This document shows positions 44,101 through 54,300 of a stretch of DNA of 64,000 nucleotides, piece by piece (position 1 is the stretch's first letter; every line of letters starts with the position of its first letter). Origin of the DNA: Peribolospora baueri (lineage: Eukaryota); contig JAMDHS010000010.1 of NCBI GenBank assembly GCA_029717555.1, positions 62,001 through 126,000 of the forward strand, given 5' to 3'. Both the position numbers and the translations under genes were made by a program. The notes beneath the pieces were generated by a model. The model worked only from the letters and a program-made list of their open reading frames with translations, had not been told where the DNA came from and did no database searches.

Positions 44101-44194
44101 CCGTCCTTCTCCACAGTTCTTCGGCATCGTCGCTGTCATGATCGTCTTGGCTATCATCGGCTTCTGGGGTACCGTCAAGTACCTGTCACGGTAA
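41154..44194 (+). CDS. ALR1: CorA-family magnesium transporter (Alr1/Alr2/Mnr2 type)
   Basis: YRFSFYS, WWLDVLSPTDEEM…FGIHPLTTEDI…EKIELFRNYY, DWISYALIDDITD, LYLSDIQDHL, GIWGMNV (GMN motif), final TM FFGIVAVMIVL; TAA at 44192-44194. ALR versus MNR2 subfamily not resolved. Confidence 0.88.
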
Positions 44195-44674
44195 ATCGGG
44201 GGTATATTGTTGAACAGTATAGACCACATTCCCTTTAAGTTCTCTTATTGCTGTGTTATCGTATGTATTGTCCCTTCTGTTTGTTCGTTCCCATCGAGCA
44301 ATGGTGCCACCTGCATGACAGCGCTCCACACGGAGCACACGGAACGGAGGCTCGTGCTAGCTTCCCAGCTGCTACCATCTCCAATTCCACGTTCATCTCC
44401 AGGGCCAAAGTGCCTCTTCTTTCTCGGGCTCTCTGTATACTTTCCTAAAGCTGATGTCCACGCGCGCGAATCCAGCGCTTCGTCTTTGCTTTCCGGTCGC
44501 GTCTATTCGTCCGTCGTACACCATCGAGCCGCAGACATTCGCCTTCGAATGCCGCCTATCTCCGCTCCGGACAATACTTCCTATACTCTCGTGTGATGAC
44601 ATTCACCACTGCGTTCTTCCATCCAGCATTGCGCCGATACCGGATCCCCTCGCCAAACCAGAAAGTCGCCCGCC

Positions 44675-45190
44675 ATGCGCCCTACCCTTCCGGCGCTCAA
44701 GCGCATTGTCCCCGTTCTGCGCTCTTCCATCGCCGCCGTCGATTTGCGCCTCCCGCCCGTGGAGGTGGGCAGACGACCACCGACGGGTTTGGCCAAGGCT
44801 ACCAGTCCGGACTCCATCACCGCGCGGCTACTGAGGAGAGCTGAAGAGGAGGTGGAGGGTAGAAAGAATGTAGAGGGAGCGATGGGAGAGGGGGAGGGAG
44901 GGGAGCCGGGGAGGGTGAGGTGGCCCACCAATCTAAGGGTGGAGCAGTTCGTGCCTAAGAAGGAGCTTTACTGGAAGGTCCGTACCCAGCGTCCATTTTC
45001 TGCCTTTACTCTTCGTCTTCGTCCGGTTTTTTTTGCGCGATCTCGCCTTCTCTTTGCTTTTTTGAAGGTGGCTGATCTGACAATGCTTCGCTTGTTTTTT
45101 ATCATGCGCCGTATCCCTCCGTCACCTCTGCACTCTTAGGTCAAGGCCGACCAACGAAACGAGCTCCGACGAATCTTGCGAGAAAACTGA
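44675..45190 (+). CDS. Small (117 aa) uncharacterised protein, possibly mitochondrial
   Basis: Exons 44675-44977 and 45140-45190 (GT…CTGAC…TAG) join as WPTNLRVEQFVPKKELYWK|VKADQRNELRRILREN*; basic, acid-free N-terminus MRPTLPALKRIVPVLRSS. Confidence 0.6.
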
Positions 45191-45465
45191 TGCTCTCAGC
45201 ACGGCACTTGCACGCGACCGGCAGCCACACATCGAGATGTGTGCGTGCCTTGGTGTACGATCATTGATTGGTGGTTGAGGGTTTGCTGGACGACCTAGAA
45301 TGCACAATAAGCCCGGGAGGGCGGGATCTCATCTTGACTCTTACTCGCGACCCTCATACCATTTGCTGGCCGGCTCACGCCAAAATATGGCCCCAATGCT
45401 GGGCTTCTGCACAAGAGAGATTCCGTTCGAGTAGATGTTGTCTAATGAACAGGACATCTTTTCAG

Positions 45466-46266
45466 TCACTCTCTACGCCAATCCCCGCTCTTCCCGCCTG
45501 TCTTCTCCACCACCCGTAACCCTTCGATCATCATATCTTTGCCACTGACCGCTTTGACCATATCCCAGAGCGTAAGGCAAGCTGAGGGTCATGGGGTGGG
45601 AAGAAATGGATGCCAAGAGACGAGAAAGGCCATGAAACAGACCGCGAGAGCGTGACGTTCGGACGCTTCCCAGACAAACTGCTCACCTACGCTCGCTCCC
45701 GTCAATGCCTCCATCTCCACACCGGTTCTTGCACACGTCGAAGCAGTGCAACGGACTTTCACGCGTCCTCCTCCGCTCTCTTGACCAGGGCGTGCACGAT
45801 CGTCGCGTCCCATGGGCTCCAATTGCACATGTACGTGATTCAGCAACAGCCCATGACAGAGTGGGATGAGCTCGCTCGTCCGTTTAGCGCCCATGATGCC
45901 AGCCAGCTGTGCCACGCTAAGCACGTCCCCTTTGGCGGCCTGCACATTTGAAGCGATCAGGTCGTACGCCGCTGCGTTCACTCGTACGAAGCCTTCTGCC
46001 GTCGCGCTCCTCTCCGTGATGGACTTCTGAGAGACATCCACCATGGAAGCTCGACCCGACCTCGAGTCGATGTGGGAGAGTCTCGGAGACGCGGCGTTAT
46101 CGTCGTCGACCGACTGGGGCCCTTGCAGGCGCTTCGTAGTGGTGCTGAAGGCAGATGCCCATTGTCTGCACGCGCCACAGGCAATCCCGGACGGAGGTGC
46201 GCTCAGCGCGCTTACTCTGGCCCGTACGAGGAGCACCATAGCTGTGCCGGATAACACCGCCCTCAT
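45466..46266 (-). CDS. moaC: Cyclic pyranopterin monophosphate synthase MoaC (CNX3/MOCS1B-like), stand-alone
   Basis: LSHID…[63 protein letters not shown]…KTGGKSG; one intron; presequence-like N-terminus. Confidence 0.92.
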
Positions 46267-46875
46267 AATGGCAAAGGAATTGGAGAGCTTGTCCCCTCAA
46301 CGCAGAAAGGAAGAGGACGAAAAAGTCGATATCGGTGATTTTATCTTCGATCGACGAGGAGCGAGGATATGTGCAGTGCACACGGTACAGTTAAATAGGA
46401 CGAACAAGCTCTACGCGCGGCGCTGAGTCCTTTCCGTGCTCACCTGAGACCAAGTGACTTCCCGTCCGCCTGACAGATCGACCACCGGCCAGCTCATACC
46501 AGAATTTGCTTTCCGAAAGTCCGTGTATGGCCAGTCGGGTGCAAGGGTGCAGGGAAACAACGATCCTGCTTGCGCGAGCGGAAACGCGTTCGACCGCAGC
46601 CATCGAGATGAAGCCTCGAGAGGATATTTGGTCTCTTATTAAAGATCGTCTCGTCCAGGAGCGTTTCGGATTCCCGACCGTCGCCAGCGGTTATCAGAGC
46701 GACCTGTGCGGCGACTTCCTTGTATGCCGGCCCGTTCGACGTGTCGGCATTTCGCACGCTCGCCGCTTTAATTATCGCCCGGAGCTGGGGGGAACGGGAA
46801 ATTGAACTGCGCTGACACTGACGAGTCACTCTCGGTCCTGACTCGTTTCAAGAGCGACCGTCATCCAACCGCATA

Positions 46876-47594
46876 CGGTCAACCCTGTCTGTTAGGATAC
46901 GGGTCCCTAGGCATGCCTTCGCATAGTGCATAGCGATCTCCCTTTCCCGTTTGCTCCCCAGCCAAAAATTGACTAATCCCAGCCAAAACACTGGTCTATA
47001 TGCAGACTGACGTACCCGCATATTGCATAGCACTGACACCGGTGCCGTCCTTACCAGTTATGCCCACTCGGCCTGCATAGTTAGGGTTGAGGATCACGTG
47101 CATCCTTGTGGCTGTTGGAGGTTGGCGGCGACGAGCACCGTGGTTACGCGGCTGAAAGCGGACATGACCATGTAGGCAGTGTTACTGCGGTTTTCCTCTT
47201 TGCACGCTCTCATTAACAACAACGAAGCAGTAACATACACTTTCGTCCATCCACCGTCAGTTCTAACATTACTACAAGTGGGTGCTTGTCCGCGTTTCAC
47301 CATCTCTTTCAAAGAACATGTCAACGAGCAGCGTAAACAAACCGATATTCGACAATTCCTTTCTGCACACGCTTCTTCTTGAACATGGTTGTGTTATGAC
47401 GTGTACATACTCTATAGTAAAGCTTGGAATTCACGTCTTGATGGACGCTATACTCTATAGTAAAGCTTTGATGGACGCTATCGCCTGTGGCAAGGACTGC
47501 GGCAAATATGGATAGAACCCTGGGTGCGGTCACCCTCTCGCATACAGCGCCCTCGGGCAATACAACTTGTATGCTTATGGACAGGGGTTGACTG
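46876..47594 (+). mobile_element. Degenerate non-autonomous pogo/Tc1-mariner-like DNA transposon (719 bp)
   Basis: Left end TA|CGGTCAACCCTGTCTGTTAGGATAC versus reverse complement of right end TA|CAGTCAACCCCTGTCCATAAGCATAC; TA on both flanks; internal ORF remnant ending KQTDIRQFL (PIP-box-like); lower GC than the flanks. Confidence 0.75.
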
Positions 47595-48519
47595 TATCGA
47601 TCCGGGCCCCCCCCCCACCCGGTTGTGGTTCTGCTTCCGAGACGGGCGAGAAGCCCACTTCGCCTCGTTCCCATTGCCAGCGGTGACCCGACGGACGCGC
47701 AGCCGAGGAGGCCCACCCGCCGGTCTGCCGTACGGTCACAGGTGTTACCAAGACGGTTCTCTCGACGAAAGCGAAGAGCGCGAGTGGGATCGTGAAGGAG
47801 GAGAATGCCGTTCTCCACCTCGGGCTCAGCGAGAAGTGGAATCGGCGGCGGCGGCGGCGGCAAGCACGGAAGTTAGACGGCCGCCGGCAAGGTGATCAAG
47901 CCGGATTTCGAGTGGACTCGTTTGATCATCATTCCCACGCCACGTACACGTCGTCTACTGCGCCTCCAGCTCAACCTAGTGAGAGAGCCCGGGCTATATG
48001 ATGATCAAGTCGGGGTTGAAGGGTATGGACATTAAATAGATATACGATTAATGTACCGGGTGAAGAGTTAAAAGACCCCAAAGTGGAAGAGACGATCGAG
48101 CAAATCCGAAAGAAAGTAGCTAAGGAAAGCGAGTGAGTGCCGTGGGAAGGAGGAGTGAGTGTCGTGGGAAGGAGGTTAACCTGTGTCGCAGGGCGTCCTC
48201 GGATTCTCCAGGGAGGAAGGGGGGAGAAGAGTGGTCGAATAGAGACGGTAACAGGCGTGGAGTAGGTGTCAATCCGGCAGTCAAGTGTACGCTCCGCGAA
48301 CCGGATGGACGATGAGTCTATCCGCCAGAAGACGAAGAAGGAAGTAAACGTAAACGGCGAAAGAGGGACGATGACGCGATATACGGGTGAGCACGGAAGG
48401 AGTCGATATGTGCTGCGAGTCCGGCAGGAAGACCGCCTACAAAAGAGGATGACAGAGGCCGCCTCGTATCTTCGGGCCGACTGCCCAATGCCAGCCGGGC
48501 CACTCAGGCGAGATCATAT

Positions 48520-50007
48520 TTACGCCGCGGCGGTGCCGTGGACGCTAGCCGCACGCTGAGCGCGATCGCGCTCGTTGACCTCCTTCTTCGAGCGCGCGTC
48601 CTCGAGGCCCGCTTTGGCCTGGTCGAATCCCTCCTGCGTCTTGCGGGTGTGTTCCCTTTTGATCTGTGTGCGTGCCGAAGGAGAGGGAGGGAAAAGGAGA
48701 ATCGAGGCGACGAAAGAAGGCAGGGCGGATAGACCGCAGGTCAGCGGACTGGCAGGTTTGCGTTTCCGGAGGAAGCTCCTCGTAGCAAGCCGAAAAAGAC
48801 GGGGACACTAAAAAGGGTAAGGAAGGAAACGCACCTCGATGTCATTCTTGGCCTTTTCCATCTCTGCCACCGCCTTTTCGTGCTCGGCCTGAGCTTTGCT
48901 GAGCGCCTTGTGTGCCTTGTGCTCAGCTTCGACGGCTTTCTCGTATCGCTGTGCAGTGGAGGCAAAAAGATGGACGACAAGACGCAGATGGAAGGAGAGG
49001 TAAGAATACCGGTCATGAGACGACGTCCTGAAGGGGCGAACGAGCGTGCTTGAGGCGACCGGAGGAAACTTTGCTCCTGGTCGCCAGTCGCGCCGACGAC
49101 GCTCCCTTGTCCTCCCTTCTTCCCTTCTTTCCTCCATCCCTCCATACCCACATCACACACTCCTCTCGAAATCCAACAACTTTTCAAAGCCGAAACCCAC
49201 CTTGATAGCCTGGCGCTCGGCTTCGGTAGCTTTGCGCTGCAGCTTCTGAGCCGTGTCCGTGTCCTTGAGCGCCGTCTTGACCTTATTATCGTCCGCCTTG
49301 GCCTCGCTCTTGAGCAGCTTGTCGTACTTCTTGACCTCCTTCGGAGAAAGCGCCGACTTGGGCGAGGCTGAGAAAGGAGAAAAGAGGCATGAGGGCCGCG
49401 CGAAAGAACATAGTTGGTCAGCTCACCGGCGCCTGTTCCACCTCCGTGTTCCTCCGCCTGCCCCCCCGAGGTGCGTCCAGGCATCCGATCCATAAAGCGC
49501 TCTTCTCGTCCCATCCCATCCCATCCCATCCCATCCTACTTCCTTCATTCCATCGCGCCTGTCTGGGCACACGCACTCACCCGCGTCGACCGCAGAGGAA
49601 GCAGAAGTGATGGCGGCGGGGCTGGTCACCGTCTCGGCAGGGCGATCGTTGACGGACGTGTCGATCGGCGCCGGCGCCGGCGTATGCTCGTGAGCGGCGG
49701 CCGAGTCGGTGGTCACTGCGCTGGGCTCGGCGGTGTGCTGGCCAGCCGAAGTGGCGGCAGTGGCTGAGGAGGGCTCGGCGGCATGGCTTCCCTCCAAGGG
49801 CTTCTTCTCGGCGGCGGCTGTAGAGGTAGAGACCTCGCCAGCGTGGTAGGCAGGCGCGGTCTCGGGCTGAGCCTGGCCGGCGGCGGCGGCAGTGGTGAGG
49901 CCGGCTTCCTGCGCCTTGCTCATAGCGGGCGAGGTGGCGCCATTGACGACGGCGGCGGCGACGTCGGGGGAGGAGGGAGCGGCAGAGCCGGGAATGGCGG
50001 CGGACAT
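48520..50007 (-). CDS. Hydrophilic protein with Ala/Thr/Pro-rich N-terminus and Lys/Glu/Ala coiled-coil C-terminus
   Basis: Four exons (50007-49581, 49367-49201, 48948-48835, 48663-48520) splice in frame: …KLLKSEAKADDNKVKTALKD…AEHKAHKALSKAQAEHEKA…RAASVHGTAAA*. From memory it resembles basidiomycete Ncp1-like annotations; unverified. Confidence 0.75.
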
Positions 50008-51377
50008 GGTGGGGAGGAGGGGCGTGTGCGGTGCGGGTGTGAGCAGAGGAGGGAGGGAGGGGTGGATGATGAGTGAGTGGAGCAAGGTGCTAAGGGATGC
50101 GATGTGCGCAAGGATGCGGTTCGGGGTGTGAGCAGTGGTCGGGGTGGGGTAAGTAAGTATACGCGCGTGGAGTGGAGGTGGAGAGACACGAGATGGCGGG
50201 AAGAAGAAGAAGAAGAAGTAAAAAGGAAAAAAAGAAGAGGCGGAAGGGGGAATCCGGACGAGATGCGTCTTGGCCACTGGCCTGGGCCTGGCCTTGGCCT
50301 TGGCCTGGCATGTGGCGTGGACGAGCTATGTAACTAGCGAGCGTTTGAGGGAGAACGTCGTCGCTTCGTGACGTCACCGACACCGACACCGACACTGACA
50401 CGACGACGATCCTCCGACGGCTGTTGGCGGACGGACGGACGGATTCCTCCATCCCCCTTAGGCGTGGCGGCTGGCGGCCCGGGACCACATGCTGTGCTGA
50501 GCATCCTTAGTCACAGAACTAAGAACTATAAAAAGCCCGTCACGTACGAGCCAGGCCAGGCCCAGCCATACGCCAGCGCAAACGCACTCCTGCGTCTGCG
50601 CCGATCATGCTTCATTAGCGAGCGCGGCGAGGCGAGGAATGACCGACCGACGGAAGCGAACGACGGACTGCGGCAAGTCGAGTCGACGCGGCGGCCCGAA
50701 GAAAGAACGAACGGATGGCATGGAATGGGAGGAGAGGGACGACTGCCGCTGCGGACAAAGCGAGCAGGCATCGCGCGCCGCGAACCCATCTAACATACTC
50801 GAGACTGTCTGTGTGTGCGCGTACTATATACCTTCCTACTCAGAAAGAGAGAAAGAGGACAGTGAGGTACGTCTGTACAAGAACGCAGGGCGAACGCCAG
50901 CCGATGCAAACGAACGAAGGAAGGACGTTGGAGTGAAAGAAAAAGGGAGTGAAGGCGAGAAACGAGGGTGTAGAGCAATGGGAGGGATGTCGGCGCGGTG
51001 CGGGTATCTCGAAGGGACGACCGAGTAGGAGTGGAGAAAACGGAAAGGGGGGCATATGAGTCAAGAGGATAGTATAGTATGTATGTGGACACACGGCCAG
51101 ACCGGACCGGCCAGACGAAGGGAAGGGCACAGCCGCGAAGCGAACGACCAGAGCGTGCGGAGCGTGCGAGACTGCCAGAGCGCAGGCCTAGCTGAAAACG
51201 AAAGCGAAGCGTAGGCAAGGCAGGGACAGAAGCTGAGAAGACGGAAGACGAAAATGAAGATGAAGGTGCGCGCGAAGCTCGATCGAACCGAACAAGAAAA
51301 ATAAAAAACGAAGCGCAGGGAGGAGGGAGAAGAAGGGAAGAGCGAAACCGTCCAGAGGGGCATATCGGCGAAGCGCG

Positions 51378-54300
51378 TCAGTCGCCCTCATCGCCCGTGG
51401 CAAAGCCCGCCTCGCCGTCTCCGTCTCCGTCGTCTTCGTCTTCAGTGACCTCCTGTACGACCTCCGGCGTGCCCACAGTCCGTCCAGCCACCAGACGAGC
51501 GGCCGCCATCTCTTCGCGAAGAGAGAGCAGAACGGAGTCATTGCCGTCGGCAGCCATGGACGAGCGCATCGGAGCGAGAAGGGTGGGCGAAGGGGAGGGT
51601 GAAGGCGAAGAGGAAGACGACGCGGGTGGGACGGGCGAGCTGCGAGCGGATGACTTGGAAGGCCTGTTAGGGCGTCCGCTGGTGAGGTTCGGGAGAGGAG
51701 TGGCGGCGGAATGCGGCGTGGCCGTGTTGGAAGCTAGCGAGGGCGAAGAAGAGAGAGAAGGCTCGGCTGGAGAGGCCGTCGCGCCTGGCTGGCCTCTCCT
51801 CTGCCTGAGAGCGCCGATGACGTCCTTGAGCTCAGCGACCATCGAGGTCGTCGTCGTCGAGTCTATCGTGTCGGTCGCTCGCTCGCCTTCACCCAACAGC
51901 GCCGGTCCGGCCTCGCCACCGTTCCTCCTCTTCTTCTCCGCCTCGCGCAGACGACTCGCCTTAATCGACTGGATCCGCTCCTCCCTCGTCATCTTTTCCT
52001 TCCCCTCCACGTCCGTGCCGCGAGCCAAACCAGCGACGGCTTCGAACACCTGTTCCAGTCCCGGCGGAGGTAGAAAGTTGGGCGACGTGCTCTCGAGCAG
52101 GAGCGCGGAGAGGTCGTGATCGAGCGAGTCCGCGTCCGACTCCGCGCCGCCGCCGCCGGCCTTTTTCGCCGTCGCATCCGACGATGTGGCGGACCGGTTG
52201 GTGGCCGTGCGTTCCGTCTCGAAGGAGGAGGAGCTGACGGGGTGTGGAAGGTAGGAAGACGTGCTGGACGGCGGTTGCGAGTCGGACGAGTCGGTCGTCG
52301 AGCCGCCCGACTCTGGTCTGCCACCACGTCTGCCGGAACTACCGCCGGCGGACGAGGGCGCCATGAGGTCCTCGGTTAACGGCGTCATTCTCGCGAGCCG
52401 CTCCTCGGCCTCCTGCGTCTCCTTCTTCTTGTTGCGCTCGTACGCGTCCGCGCGGGCCTTACGGAGCGCGGCTCGACCGCCCTCCCACTCGCGCGTGAGC
52501 GCCAGGAGGTCCTCGCGAACGCTCTCGAAGATGGCCTCCGCGCTCTCCTCATCGGCGGCTCGAGCGGGGACGACGCCGAGTGGGGCCACCTCTTCGCCAT
52601 GCAGCGGCGAGGGATGTTGCAAGCGCAAGTCGTCTGCACAGACGCGTAGCTTGACCTGGACGGAACGGAGAGCGGCGGACATGGCGCCCAAACGACCCTC
52701 CAGCGAGTACGGCCCGCCACGAAGGCTGTCTTCCACCGCCGAGGCGGCGGAGGCGGCGTTGGAAGGGGCAAAGTCCTTGCGCGCGCCGGGCAACAACAGC
52801 GAGTCCGGATCGTACGTCGTGGTCGGATGCCCTTCGCCGGGTCGAGTGGCGCTAGTCGGGGTGGGAGGAAAGACGCCGATGACCGAGGGACGAGAGAAGG
52901 TGCCGCCGCCGCCGCCGCCGCCCTTGGGGCTGACGGGAGTGACGGGCAAGAGATGAGCGTCGACAGCGCCGTGGTAGCGGCTCTCCTTGAGCTTTTCCTC
53001 AGCGGCCAGACCGGCTCCGAGGTCGACGGCCATCTCTCTCTCCACAGCCCTTGCCACATCCTTCTTGACCTCGACGAGCGCTTCCAATAGCTGCTGGACG
53101 ACCTTGCCAACCATAGCCCAATAAGCGCCACGCATCTCCTCCTCCTCGCCCACGGCGCCCTCGCCGCCAAAGTTGAGCGCCAAGAGGTGGCAGAGTGTCC
53201 TGCGTCGGTAGGTGTGGAGGGTGTGGAAGGAGGACTTGAGCGAAGAGAGCGAGTAGGGGTCCGCGGGAGCGGTGGCGGCGGCGGCAGCGGTGGCGGCGGT
53301 GGTGGTGGCCACAGGATGGCGTGGTGGCATGTAGCGAGCCGCACTGTCCCGACGCGTAGGTGAAGTCAAGGACGGCAGGGAGGGAGCGGCGGCACGGGAA
53401 GGCGTGTTGGGAGTGGCGACGACGGGGGAGGCACGAGAGGAGGGAGAGTTGTACACGATCGACGAGGGTCGAGAGCGACCAGATCCGGTGGAGATGTAGC
53501 TCAGACGCTGGCTGCGCCTCTTATCGCCCGAGCCACCAGAGATCGAGCCGGCGCTGCTGCTCACGCCAGACGATCGCCTGCCGTGCATCTCGTCGTCGAG
53601 CATCACCACGTCCTCGTCTGGCTCGCTGCGCACGTACGACAAGCGCGGCGACCGCACCCCGTCGGAGGGGCTCAGGACGGGGCTTCCCAAACCTCCCATC
53701 GGGCCGCTCCGCCGTCGGTCCTCATTGCCGGACGACGACCATCCACTGGACGACTCGAGCGACAGACGCCTGAGACCGGTCCGGGGCGAGGTGACGCTGT
53801 TCGGACTGCGGACCTGCGCGCCGGCTCCGCTCATGCGCCGGTCGAGGCCTCCAGCGGTCCATGTCTGGTCCCCGTCGGGACGGCCGTACGATGACGAAAA
53901 CGAGGTAGAGGACCACGTCGACGGCACGGGCCGGCACACGTCGCCGAGCACCGAAGGCGGCAACGCGTCGTGAGGCGAGTCGTCCAGGAACGCGCCGTCC
54001 GTCTCGACGCCGTACATCTCGATCAGCAGGTCCAGCTCGTCCTCCTCCACCAAGGGCGCTAGCTCCACCGTGGCCGTCCTGCAAGCCGCCTCGGCGCCCT
54101 GAAGCGACTGCGACAAGAGTCGACGAAGCAAAGCCAGGCGGCGGGGAACGTTCCCATGAGGGCCGCCGTCCACGGGCGAGTGACGACCGTAGACGGAAGG
54201 AGAGGTCGGAGCGGGCGAAAAGCGACCGGAAACGCGACGCGTCAGCGGAGGCGACATGGGCCGGGAGATGGGCGGAGGAGAGGTGGAACGGAGGATGGGT

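Noticed and set aside
45442..45468. TGA-CTG stop context on MoaC as readthrough to a cryptic PTS1
   Set aside because: The extension would read LKRCPVH*, which is not a PTS1, and the context is not TGA-CTA.
46506..46805. Plus-strand ORF (MKPREDIWSLIKDRL…) with a possible donor site
   Set aside because: No recognisable homology or downstream exon chain; it runs into the transposon relic.
47419..47432. Adjacent HindIII and EcoRI sites suggesting vector polylinker
   Set aside because: Only two sites, embedded in a TE relic, with no other vector-like sequence.
47922..48008. TGATGA box C-like motifs and an 11-bp inverted repeat
   Set aside because: No box D (CTGA) at a suitable distance; not supportable as a snoRNA.
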